Shown here in pieces: positions 20,796-31,244 of a stretch of DNA of 64,000 nt. The DNA comes from Candidatus Aminicenantes bacterium (GTDB lineage: Bacteria; Acidobacteriota; Aminicenantia; Aminicenantales; UBA4085): contig CAWANZ010000004.1 in assembly GCA_963783665.1 (NCBI GenBank), positions 15,866 to 79,865 of the forward strand, written 5' to 3'. The notes under the pieces are model-generated. The model did no database searches and had not been told where the DNA came from. It was given only the letters and a program-made list of their open reading frames with translations. Numbering within the stretch: position 1 is the first letter of the stretch; every line of letters begins with the position of its first letter. A program made the position numbers and the translations under genes.

Positions 20796-21005
20796 ATGAA
20801 AAAGTCGGTTTTACGCTACCTCGCAATGCTTTTCAGTATTGCCGCAGGGATACTCCTTTGGGAAAGCATGCGAGGTCTGTTCACCCGGATTACTTTGAAG
20901 GACCTGCTGGGAGATCATCAATTATATCTTGGCCTTGCTTTCCTGATTGCTGCGGTAATCGTTACAAACCTAGATCTCAATAAGCGTAACTTGCCGAGGC
21001 TTTAA
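20796..21005 (+). CDS. Small two-helix membrane protein
   Basis: Strong RBS (AAGGGGAGG) and two hydrophobic segments; no family recognised. Confidence 0.5.
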   Translation: MKKSVLRYLAMLFSIAAGILLWESMRGLFTRITLKDLLGDHQLYLGLAFLIAAVIVTNLDLNKRNLPRL

Positions 21006-21015
21006 AACGGAGTCG

Positions 21016-21174
21016 TTAAATAAAGGTCAAGTTGCGAGCGATCTTCTTTTTCTCCGCCAGTTCTTCCTTTTCAACGACTTCATCCCAGATCGATTTTACG
21101 GGGATTCGAATCGGGCTTTTAGTAATGACGACTTTCTTCCCGGTCTTGCCCTTCCCTCTCTCTTTGGCCGTCAT
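21016..21174 (-). CDS. Small Lys-rich hypothetical protein (52 aa), absent from the ORF track
   Basis: MTAKERGKGKTGKKVVITKSPIRIPVKSIWDEVVEKEELAEKKKIARNLTFI*; its ATG overlaps the upstream TGA (ATGA). Confidence 0.45.
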   Translation of the reverse strand: MTAKERGKGKTGKKVVITKSPIRIPVKSIWDEVVEKEELAEKKKIARNLTFI

Positions 21175-21317
21175 TTCCGACCCTTGCCAACGCCATAAAC
21201 CCGAGCCGCTACCTTCTCTCTCTCCCGAGCTTCGGCCCGGGCCGCCCGAGCATCCGCTTGCTTCCTCCCCCGCACCGTAACTTTCGCCGTTGCGGTCTCA
21301 CCTTTTGTATCCTTCAT
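21171..21317 (-). CDS. Small Arg/Lys/Ala-rich hypothetical protein (48 aa)
   Basis: AAGGAG RBS before ATG 21317; MKDTKGETATAKVTVRGRKQADARAARAEAREREKVAARVYGVGKGRK*. Confidence 0.5.
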   Translation of the reverse strand: MKDTKGETATAKVTVRGRKQADARAARAEAREREKVAARVYGVGKGRK

Positions 21318-21571
21318 TTTTTCTCCTTGGATTCGATTTGGAGCGTTGAACACCCAGAAAAAAGCGATCCGCCCTGCCCCCCCAATCAGTGCATCGCCTA
21401 GCCTATATTATATACAAAAATTCAATAGATTTCCACATTTCTTTTATTATCATTAGGATATAAATTCAGCCCAAGGTCACCGGCAGGGCCAAATCGCGCT
21501 CGGTCAAACGGAACGGCTTCTTTTTCCTTGATTTCCAACCATGTGATGGTCAATTATCGATGAATAGTGTT

Positions 21572-24351
21572 TTATCTCCCATAATCGGCAACTGCAAAGA
21601 CGTAGTTCCCCGACCCGACGTCATAAACGGCGAATCCGTCTTCAAAACGAAGGAACTTAACGCCGGTCGCTTGATTGATCGGCTCGCCGCCTTCCCTGAC
21701 GCTTGCCGGATCGGCCGCGGGCACGTAAACCGTTGCCGTGCAATTGGCCGGAATCGATATCTCGAGGCGCAATCCGGCCGCGTCAATTTTCCACCCGCTT
21801 TCGATCCGACCGCGAATCGAGTCATAGGAACCGCGAGCCGAGGTCAGTCCCTTCCCCGCAGCCACGGCCTCCGCAGACGGCAGCACGGGATGGATCGTGA
21901 TCCGCCCGAAGCTCGGGCCGTCTGTATCGAGGCCGGCCGCCGTGGTCATCAGCCATTCCCCTACGCAACCCAGCCAATAATGATTGAACGAGTTCATGCC
22001 GGGATCCTGAAACCCTTTGTCCGGCAGCCAGCCGTCCCACCGTTCCCACATGGTCGTCGAACCCAGTTTCACCTGCAGCAGCCAGGACGGATAGGTGTCG
22101 TTCAAGAGCAGCCGATAGGCCAGGTCGGATTGCCCCGCCTTCACCAGCGCGGAGAGGGCGAAAGGCGTGCCGAGAAACCCTGTGGCTAAATGTCCATCCT
22201 GCTTCTCGATCTCCTCGACGAACCGCTCCGCAACCTGGGCCCGGCGTTCCGACGGCACCAGGTCCAGACCGAAGGCCAGGGCATAAAAAGTCTGGCCCGT
22301 TGCGTTCTTCGCGTCCACGATCCGGCCGTCATCCTTAAGGAAATTTTGGACGAACGCGGCCCGGATGCTCTCCGCTTGAGCCCGGTATTTCCGGACATCA
22401 TCGGTCTTGCCCAGGGTTTCGGCCAATTCGGCCATCAGGCGCGTCGCGTAGAAATAATAAGCCGTGCCGATCGTCTCGGAATGTTGCGGCCCGGCCAGCC
22501 GCAGCCAATCCCCGTAAGCGCCTGTTCCGCGCTTGAAGTCCCGGCTGGTTCCGGCCAGATAATCCATATAACGAACCAGGGCCGGATAATGCCGTTCAAC
22601 GACCCGGGTGTCTCCATACATTTGGACCATCTGCCAGTTGCAGACCAGGCCGGCGTCGCCCCATCCGGTGTTGCCGAAGCCCACGATACTGATATGCGGG
22701 GCTACGTCGCCCAGGGCGCCATCCGCCCGCTGGGAATCCTGGCAGAGATCCGTCAGCCACTTGGTGAAAAAGGCCGGCGAATCCATGTTCAAGCCGGCGG
22801 TCTTCATGAACACCTGGGCGTCGCCCGTCCACCCCGCCCGCTCGTCGCGCTGCGGGCAATCGGTGGGGACGTCCAGGAAGTTGCCCTTCTGGCCCCAGAC
22901 CGTGTTTTCCATCAGCTTGTTGACGAGCGGATTCGAGGATTCGAAGGCGCCGACGCGGGCGAGGTCCGAATGCACGACGATTCCGGTCACGTCGCCGGGC
23001 GCGGGCCGTTCTTCGAGCCCCGTCACTTCCACATACTGGAATCCGTGGAAGGTGAAATAGGGTTCGTAGTCCCTCTTCGCCCCGCCGGCCAGGTAGTAGG
23101 TATCGGTCGCCTTGGCCGCCCGCAGGTTGGCCGTATAGATCGTTCCGTCGGGATTGAGCATCTCCGCGTGGCGAACGGTCACTTTCCGGCCCGGGCTCCC
23201 CGCCGCTTTCAGCCGCGCCCAGCCGACGATGTTCTGCCCCAAGTCGAACACATAAACCCCCGGTTTGGGTTCGGTGATTTTCGCGGCCGGCATTTCCTGG
23301 ATCCGCCGGATGGGTGTCGAGGGATGGGCTTCGAGGTTCGCCTTCACATCCCGATCCTCCGTCGCCGGGATGCCAGCCGGATTCATCGAATCCCGCCGCG
23401 TTCCAACCGGGCATCTCCAGGCGGGCATCATAGACGCAGCCCATCAGGAGATCGGCCTCGCGGATCGGACCGTGAGCGGCTTTCCAAGTGCCGTCGGTGG
23501 CGATGACCCGGCTTGTCCCGTCCGCAAAATCCAAGCGCAGATGGGCGATGAATCGCGGCTTGTCTCCGTAGTAATGCCGCTTGCCGGTAAAGGCCAGATA
23601 CCCCGCGTACCATCCGTCGCCCAGGATCGCGCCGAGCACATTGTCTCCGGATTTCAACCGGCTGGTGACGTCGTAGGCGAAGTAATGAACCCGCTTGCGG
23701 TAATCCGTCCAACCGGGCGACAGGACGTCCGTATTCAACGGTTCTCCATTCACATGCAGCTCGTAAACGCCCAAGGCCGAGGCAAACAACACGGCCCGGC
23801 GAAGGGGTTTGTCCAAAGGAAAAGACTTTCGGAGGAAAGCCGCCGGGGGCATGATTTTAGGGTCCAACACTCCCGGGACGGTATCGAATCCGATCCAACG
23901 GGCCTGCCAATCCTCGGCTTTAAGCAAACCCATCGTCCATCGGGCCGCCGGGACTCCAAACGGAGGGGTTGCCGTCTTGGTCCCAGACCTGGACTTTCCA
24001 AAAGCAGTCCCGGGTCGAATCGAGAGCCAAGCCGGCGTATTCGATTTGGGATTGCCGATCGGAGACGACTTTGCCGCTGTCCCAGAGATCGCCCCGGCCC
24101 GCATCCAGCGCCTGAAGGGAACCGGCTACAAGGATCCGATAAGCGGACTGTTTGAGGGCTCGCCGGGAGGATTCGGTCGGAACCATCACCCAGCTCAGGC
24201 GGGGTTGAACGACATCGATTCCGACCGGGTCGGTTTTGTACTCGCACCGCAGGTTTTCCACCCGGAGGGTTCCCGCGGCCGAGCAGGCCGAGGCCGCCAG
24301 GGCCGCAAGAAGGACGATTCCCCACAGGACTCGGGACGATGTTTTGGGCAT
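21572..24351 (-). CDS. GH78 alpha-L-rhamnosidase; frameshifts near 24000 and 23430
   Basis: LRCEY...P.GID...PRLSW N-terminus; ASALGVYEL..NG, LSPGWTDYRKR; PTDCPQRDERAGWTGD; TTMWERWD; SFNHY. Confidence 0.92.
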
Positions 24352-24453
24352 AGGTTTGATCCTCGCCGATTTGGAGTCGTTGCGGGAAGCGTACACTCGG
24401 CCGCGGGATGATGTCAACGGAAACCCACGGTAAGACCGGATTCCTCGAGGCGA

Positions 24454-25421
24454 TTACTTTATCCCGTGGCTTTGAAGCTGGGCGGCGACGAAATCCACCG
24501 TCGCATTGACCTCGGTCATATAATCGCCGGCGCAGATGTTCATGGCGATGGCGATCCCGTTGGAAACGAGGGCGGCCAATGTCTCGGCGGGGGGCGTCGG
24601 GAGGCCATAAGCGGCCAAAAACGCTCCGGCCAGGGAGCAATATCCGGCGACGATATTCTCGATCAACGTCGCCTCGTCCCCCGAAGCAGATAGCCATAGC
24701 CGATCGCGCCCATCCGGAATTCATTCTCCGCCTGGGCGATCAATCCGGCCGCTTCGTCCGAAGACAGCGGATAGGGTGTCGACGCCGAGAACAAGGAAAG
24801 CTCGGCGGCATAGGCATCGATCATCAATTTTTGGACGTTCGCGTTCGGCCGGGAAACGAGCGCAACCAGTTTGCCGCCCAGCTCCGGGTCATAGCCCTTG
24901 AGAATGACGTCGCCCGCCGCTTCGACGAGATTGTGGCAGATCTCGATCGCCACGGCTTGCGCCTCCTCGGAACCGAACAGGGCGGCATAGCTTTCATCGC
25001 CCATCAATATCGAATGCAATATTTTCGCCTTCGTAATGATGTACCCCTCGCTCGGATCGAGGGTCAGGGAGCCGGTATGGGCCGTCACATCCGCGCCCCA
25101 AACATTGTTGTGGGAAAGAAATCCGGCCGCGGCCGATTTCTCGCTCCCGGTCCGGGCGGCGTTCCAGACTTTCATGAACTCGAAATGGGTCTGCTCATAG
25201 AGCCATCCCTGGTAGGCGATGCCCGGCGCCGTGAAAAGCGTGTTGAACGCGTCGGGGGCCATCGCTCCGTACATCTCTTCGATGTTCTGGGCTCCGGCTT
25301 TTTTCCGGAGAAGGTCGGCGATATAAGCGTGGGTTCCCTTATCCCAGGCAAACGACGTCGCCGAAACCGACATCCAGAGCACCGCCGCGATCATCAATCC
25401 CCATCCCATTTTTTTCATCAC
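24454..25421 (-). CDS. Exported phospholipase C / P1-nuclease-fold protein; frameshift near 24690
   Basis: Mature N-terminus WDKGTHAY; GAMAPD, THFE, GFLSH...ADVTAH, CHNLVEAAGD; C-terminus in ORF 24454-24666. Confidence 0.6.
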
Positions 25422-25531
25422 TGTCCTCCTAATGGAAATTTTTTAGGTCAAATGCAGACTAACGCCTGCCGCAGGAAGAGTTGTGATAAAGATGTTAAGA
25501 TTTCGTCAGTTTTTTATGATGCTGAAGGAAT

Positions 25532-26668
25532 CTAACCCAAAGACTCCGTATACACCCGAACCCAATTGCCGCCCATGATCTTTTCCACTTCGGAGGCCGA
25601 ATGGCCTCTCTTCTCCAGGGCGGCCTGAATCGTGAAAAGCCGCCGGATGTTGTTGAGCTCGGGGATGACGATATGGCGCGGCAGCTCGTCGAATCCGAGG
25701 ATCCCGGCCTGCGACTTCCACCAGGGGAAGTAGCCTTTGACCGCTTCTTCGTTGTTGTTATTGAGCTTGAGGGCGTTGGGTTCGCCGAGAAGGTCGTAAT
25801 CGTTGGAGATCCCGACAGCTTCGATGCCCCCGACCTTGATCACATGCTCGAGCTGGCGGATATAGTCATCGACCGTCGGCACGGGATTCATGGTGATCCA
25901 GAAGCTCATCGAGAAGATGCCGACCACGCCGCCGGTATCGGCCACCGCCTTGATCACGGAATCGGGAACGCAGCGGGCATTATTGACCAGGGCGCGGCAG
26001 CAGGTATGGGAAACGATGACCGGCTTCTTGCTGGCTTTTGTCGTGTCCATGGCCATGACTTCATTGCCGTGGGAGATGTCGGGAATGACGCCGAGGGCAT
26101 TCATTTTTTCCAGGGCTTTAAATCCCAGGGGCGTCAGTCCCGTCCACGTTTTCTCCAGTCCTCCGCCGGAATAAGCATTCGAGTGGTGATGCGTATACTG
26201 CAGGACGCGCAATCCCAGCTCGTAAGCGACGTCCAACATGTCGACGTCTTCGGAGATCGCCTCGGCACTCTGGAACTCGAAGAAAACGGCGGTCCTTCCG
26301 GAGGCCTTGGCTTCGAGGATCTGGCTGCCTTTGGTCGCGACAAAAAGCCCTTGATCGCTCCGGCTGATGGCCTTCCGGGCTTCCGTAAGCGACTTCAGCG
26401 ACAAATTCATCTGACGGACATATTTATCCCCGACCATTTGACCGGCGGAAACATCGCAGAGAACACCGCTGATCCCGGCCCGGGTGAAATCGTCGCCGGC
26501 AAAGTTTAAGTAGGACATCCCGTCGAAGTAGAGGGGGTGGGAAGCCCGTTCGCGGGCGATTTCGTCGAGCCGGGTCTGCTCTTGAGCCAGGACGGAAATC
26601 GGCATACGCCCAAGGGACGCCGCGCCCAAGGCCGCCGCGCTTCCGCACAAAAAATTGCGTCTTTTCAT
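25532..26668 (-). CDS. M19 (membrane/renal dipeptidase-like) protein with Tat signal
   Basis: MKRRNFL; LGLRVLQYTH, IPDISHG, VSHT, NARCVPDS.IKAVA..GGVVG, VGISND, IMGGNW. Confidence 0.85.
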   Translation of the reverse strand: MKRRNFLCGSAAALGAASLGRMPISVLAQEQTRLDEIARERASHPLYFDGMSYLNFAGDDFTRAGISGVLCDVSAGQMVGDKYVRQMNLSLKSLTEARKAISRSDQGLFVATKGSQILEAKASGRTAVFFEFQSAEAISEDVDMLDVAYELGLRVLQYTHHHSNAYSGGGLEKTWTGLTPLGFKALEKMNALGVIPDISHGNEVMAMDTTKASKKPVIVSHTCCRALVNNARCVPDSVIKAVADTGGVVGIFSMSFWITMNPVPTVDDYIRQLEHVIKVGGIEAVGISNDYDLLGEPNALKLNNNNEEAVKGYFPWWKSQAGILGFDELPRHIVIPELNNIRRLFTIQAALEKRGHSASEVEKIMGGNWVRVYTESLG

Positions 26669-26769
26669 CGGCGCGCCCTCCTTGGATATGATGGGGGATC
26701 ATATTCCCCGCCGAGAATTTATGTCAAGGAGATGCCGGCGATAAAAGGGAAGAGACGAAGCGCGCGCCG

Positions 26770-27327
26770 ATGACGTTCGTCGAGGACGCCGCGGCCGGGA
26801 CGACGACCCTCCGGGACGGCGGGAAAGATGTTTTGACATATCGATACGGCGACCAGCTCAAGCCCGGCGCCTCCGCCGTATACACCCGCGCCTCCTATAT
26901 TCATCCGCTCTACGGGCTTGACGGCCGGGTCCTGACCGAAGATTCGCCTCCCGATCACCTCCATCACCACGGCCTGTTCTGGGCCTGGCCGGTGGTCAAG
27001 GTTCGCGACATGGCCACATCCAACTGGGAGCCGGGGCGGCCCCCTCTTCGCCAGGTTTTTTTCCGCTGGGCGGCCAAATCCGCCTCATCCCAGGGGGCGG
27101 AGCTGGAGGCAGAGAATGACTGGGTCCTGGATGGGAAGGAGACGGTCGCCAGGGAAATCGTCCTCGAAGCCGTCGGCGGGCCCCTGGCTCATCCGAAACA
27201 GCTACGGGGGGATTCTCAATCCCTCCTGACCGGGCCTGCAACCCGCGATCCTGCGCCCGGGAGAGCCTATTCGGCTGAATTACAAGATCACGATCGCCCG
27301 CTGACTCTGTCTCGGCCTCCAAAATAA
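26770..27327 (+). pseudogene. DUF6807 (PmoA-like) remnant, N-terminally truncated with an internal deletion
   Basis: SYIHPLYGLDGRVLTEDSPPDHLHHHGLFWAW core. No signal peptide. The typical C-terminal PWLIRNSYGG.LNP and PGEPIRLNYKITI pieces follow almost immediately in shifted frames. Confidence 0.6.
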
Positions 27328-27343
27328 TCGCCGAAATATATCC

Positions 27344-27372
27344 TTGACATTCCTTCCGATTGGCTTTTTAAT
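27344..27372 (+). promoter_or_regulatory. sigma70-like promoter of the LVIVD gene
   Basis: TTGACA (27344-27349), 17 bp, TTTAAT (27367-27372). Confidence 0.6.
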
Positions 27373-27447
27373 CGAAGTCAATAAGCTCCAAGCAGACGGG
27401 ATATCGTTAAAAAAGCATTTTTTCTTTCTTTTTTAAGGAGACGGCCA

Positions 27448-30063
27448 ATGAGGATCCCGCGCTTGTCGGCGAACTTGAAAGGTTGGCTTCTGTTCGGGCG
27501 AGGAAAGCAACGGTGGGCGGCGGCGTTTTTATTTTTAGCACTTTTTCCAGGCTCGAATCAGTCGATTATTCAGGATAACGCGGCGCCCAGAGTTAAAAGC
27601 ATATCGATCGCCTCTCCCGAACAGATCGAAATGGTCGGCGTCTGGCCTTATGGGAAATGCGAGGCTTCGGCGATCGATGCGTCACGGAATATCGCCTTGA
27701 TCGGCAACGGTGAAACCTTGCAGGTGCTTGACATCTCCAATCCTTCCTCGCTTTCGCAAATCGGCGAAGTCAGGATCAAAGGGAACCCCCAGGATATCGT
27801 CCTGGCCGGGAATTATGCTTACCTGGTCACGAAGAGCTATTTTGTCATCGTCGATCTATCCGACCCTCAGGCGCCGAGGGAAACCGGTTCCGTATTTATT
27901 TCCGCTCCCCGGGCTATAGCCTACTCGCCAAATCACGTCTTCCTGGCTACCATGGTCGGGTTATTGATCTATGATGTGTCGAATCCGTATCAACCGGTTT
28001 TTAAAGTTCAATACAGGCACGATAATATCGATTACATCGATGTCGCGCTTTGGAACGGATATGCGTTGTGCCTGGGCAAGTACTGGTCGTATTCGGAGAA
28101 CCAGATACTGAATAATGCCCTGGACGTGATCGACATTTCCAATCCCGCAGCTCCCTCTCTATATGGAACCCTTGATCTGGGAAGGGATTACCAGCTTCGG
28201 GCCATCGACGCGAGCCCCGCCGGTCAGGCTTATGTCTGTCAATCCACCGAGAACAATGGGGCCGGGCGGCTCGTGGTCATCGATGTCGCCTCCGATCCCT
28301 CTCATCCAACGGAAGTCGGCCGCTATTCGGAAACAGGCCGGGGATTTGAACGAATCGGCCTGACCGGAAATTATGCCTGCCTCACAAAAGCTTGGCCCGG
28401 TTCTTTGACCATCATCGACGTGAGCATTCCGCAATCACCGATCCAAATCGGAGAATGTGAAATTGCCTGGCTGGGGAACGTGCATGTCTCCGGAAACCTG
28501 GCAGCGATTTCCACCGGCGGCTACGGTTTCTCGCTCTATAGCTTCGCGAATCCGGCCGATCCGTACGAACTGGGCAACTTTGATACTCCGGACACGGGCG
28601 GGGTGCGCGGCAACGGGGTTGTGGCCCGCGAGAATTATGCCTTTTTGGCCGGTGGTTCGGACGGTTTGCGCATCATGGACGTCTCCGAACCGGCAAATCC
28701 TCTTGAAGCCGGCCTCTTTAATGAAACGTCCGTTGGGATGGGATTGGCGGTCTCGGGTAACTATGCTTATGGCCTTGGCGACAGTTTCGAAGGCTGGCGG
28801 TTGCACGTCATCGATATCGCCTCTCCCCGGAGCCCATCGCTGGTGGCGAGCTGCGTCCTTCCATGTCCCGAACCGGTCAGCGACAGGTATGACTTTTGGG
28901 GAATTACGGTCCGCGCATCCTATGCCTATATCCTGGGAACGAACTGGGGGTCAAATCCCCAACGGGCATTCCTCTTGATCGTCGATGTCTCGGAGCCATT
29001 CAGTCCGCGGTTAGCCGGCTCGTTGACTTGCGCTTATCAGGCCCGGTGTATCGGGAGACCGGCCCTTCTTGACGACTATCTCTATATGGGGGTTGAAGAT
29101 TATTCCCAGGGGGCAAATGACCCTCGCGCCGGATTGCGGGTGATTGATGTCTCAGACGCCAAAAATCCCAGAGAGGTATTTATCGGCGTCTTGGATATTC
29201 CGTCAATCGGAGTCAACGTCGCCGTCAGAGATCATTACGCGTTTCTCACCGGCGACATGTTGAGAATATTCGACCTCTCGAATCCCAGATTGCCCCGCCT
29301 TTTGGTTTCCTACGTCTTGTATTGCGATGGGATCGCCTTTTCTGGGAATTTTATCTATCTCAACGCCGACAAACTCTGGGCGATCGATATCTCCAACCTC
29401 TATTATCCAACGGGATTTTATTTTCGAGGCGAATCGGGGACCGGTATCGACGTTTCCGGTAATCTCGCCTTCGTGTCCGGAAGCCTTTCCGTCCTGAAGA
29501 ACACGTCGGCTCCGGACGTGTCCCTCGTCGCTCCTTCGGGCTCGTCGACCCTCCTCGGCTCCGTCACGGTCGAAGCCCAAGCCGCTCACGATTCAGGAAT
29601 TGAACGTGTGGAATTCTTTATCGATGATATCCTGAATGCCTCTGATACGAGCGCTCCGTATTCCTTCACCTGGGATACGACTCTGGTCGAAGATGGTCTC
29701 CACGCGATCCGGGCCCGGGCTCATAACACCCTTGGAAATTCATCCGACGCGGAGCGGGAGGTGTTTACCCGGCTCGTATATGCGCCCCTGAATTTTTCCG
29801 GGACAAGAGTGGCCCATGGCTCTCCGGCGGCCTACGACGCTCTCACATGGCAAGCTCACCCCGAAAATGTGAACATCGCAAAATACCTTCTTTTCCAGGT
29901 CAGGGAAGGAAGACGGATCCCCCTGATCGAACTCGATGCCGATATCTTTCAATATCAAAATCCAAGGATTTTCGAAAATATTACGAACACATATGCTCTG
30001 GTCGTCGTGAATGACGCCGGGAGAGAGAGCGAACCCGTTACCGTGACCGTCCGGATCCCTTGA
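27448..30063 (+). CDS. Exported LVIVD-repeat protein with C-terminal bacterial Ig-like and FN3-like domains
   Basis: Many L.I.D(V/I)S.P..P..(V/L)G repeats; VEFFID...D.SAPYSFTWDTT..DG.H.I.ARA.N Ig domain; C-terminal YAPLNF...LTWQ..P.N..I.KY domain. Confidence 0.88.
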   Translation: MRIPRLSANLKGWLLFGRGKQRWAAAFLFLALFPGSNQSIIQDNAAPRVKSISIASPEQIEMVGVWPYGKCEASAIDASRNIALIGNGETLQVLDISNPSSLSQIGEVRIKGNPQDIVLAGNYAYLVTKSYFVIVDLSDPQAPRETGSVFISAPRAIAYSPNHVFLATMVGLLIYDVSNPYQPVFKVQYRHDNIDYIDVALWNGYALCLGKYWSYSENQILNNALDVIDISNPAAPSLYGTLDLGRDYQLRAIDASPAGQAYVCQSTENNGAGRLVVIDVASDPSHPTEVGRYSETGRGFERIGLTGNYACLTKAWPGSLTIIDVSIPQSPIQIGECEIAWLGNVHVSGNLAAISTGGYGFSLYSFANPADPYELGNFDTPDTGGVRGNGVVARENYAFLAGGSDGLRIMDVSEPANPLEAGLFNETSVGMGLAVSGNYAYGLGDSFEGWRLHVIDIASPRSPSLVASCVLPCPEPVSDRYDFWGITVRASYAYILGTNWGSNPQRAFLLIVDVSEPFSPRLAGSLTCAYQARCIGRPALLDDYLYMGVEDYSQGANDPRAGLRVIDVSDAKNPREVFIGVLDIPSIGVNVAVRDHYAFLTGDMLRIFDLSNPRLPRLLVSYVLYCDGIAFSGNFIYLNADKLWAIDISNLYYPTGFYFRGESGTGIDVSGNLAFVSGSLSVLKNTSAPDVSLVAPSGSSTLLGSVTVEAQAAHDSGIERVEFFIDDILNASDTSAPYSFTWDTTLVEDGLHAIRARAHNTLGNSSDAEREVFTRLVYAPLNFSGTRVAHGSPAAYDALTWQAHPENVNIAKYLLFQVREGRRIPLIELDADIFQYQNPRIFENITNTYALVVVNDAGRESEPVTVTVRIP

Positions 30064-30112
30064 CCTTCATCCGGTCCCGGCATATCCTTTTTCCAGCGAG
30101 GAGGCCCGACCC

Positions 30113-31244
30113 ATGCCCAAGTTTCAACCTTTCGTGATGGAACGGATGATGTCCAAGTTCGAGAAGGCGGTCGACTACAACCTCTCGGAAAGCGGGGTCC
30201 ACCCCCTGACTTTGAAAGAGCTCATCCGGGACGATCCGGACGGCCTGGACCGCCTGCTTTCGCTCGAGTTGGACTACGCCCACGCCAACGGCATTCCGGA
30301 GCTGCGGCAGAACATCGCCGCCCTTTATCCCGGGGCGGGCCCGGAAAACGTCCTTGTGACCATCGGGGCCATCGAAGCCAACTACGACATCATCTGGGGC
30401 CTGCTCGCGGCCGGGGACGAGATCGCGGTCATGCTGCCCAATTACATGCAGATCTGGGGGCTGGCAAAAAACCGGGATCTCCGTTTAAAGACCTTCTCCC
30501 TGGATGAGAAAACGCGGCTGGGCCCTCGACGTCGAGGGAATGAAGAAAGCCGTGACCTCAAAAACAATCTTGATCGCGGTTTGCAATCCGAACAATCCGA
30601 CGGGCTATATCTTCACGAACGAGGAGATGGAAGCCGTCATCGAAACGGCCCGTGAAGCCGGGGCCTGGATCCTGGCCGACGAGGTATACGCCGGGGCGGA
30701 GCGGCTGGTCGAGGAGCAAACGCCGTCGTTTTTCGGAAGATACGAAAAGGTCCTGGCCGTCGGCAGCCTGAGCAAAGCCTATGGGCTGCCGGGCCTTCGA
30801 ATCGGCTGGGCCGTCGGACCGGCCGGAATCATCGAAGAGCTCTGGGCCAGGCACGAATATCTGACATTGAGCGCCTCGATGCTCTCCAACCACCTGGCCG
30901 CTTATGCCCTGTCCCCCGCCGTCCGGCCCCGCATCATCCAACGCTCCCGCGACTACATCCGCCGCGGCTACCCGGTCCTTCAAAGATGGATGAACGAACA
31001 CCGGGAGATCCTGAGCGCTACCCCGCCCCAGGCGGCGGCAATCGCCTTCGTCAAGTACCGCCTCGACATCAACTCCACACAATTTGCGGACCGGCTGCGC
31101 GAGGACAAGCGGGTGCTCATCGTGCCGGGCGACCATTTCGGCCTGGATCGCTTCGTCCGCATCAGCTACGGACTGCCGCACGACTACCTGACGCCGGCCC
31201 TCGGCCGGATCAGCGACCTGATCACGGAAATCGGAAAATCATGA
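30113..31244 (+). CDS. PLP-dependent aminotransferase class I/II; frameshift near 30505
   Basis: CNPNNPTG, ILADEVY, GSLSKAYGLPGLRIGW (PLP lysine). Confidence 0.9.

Noticed and set aside
21171-21173. In-frame TGA in the small basic ORF as possible selenocysteine, given selC in the window
   Set aside because: No redox or Cys-homolog context and no evident SECIS hairpin; the ATGA overlap with a second ORF explains it more simply.
26770-27327. PmoA-like label as evidence of methane oxidation
   Set aside because: DUF6807 is a soluble family unrelated to particulate methane monooxygenase; no pmoCAB context and the gene is broken.
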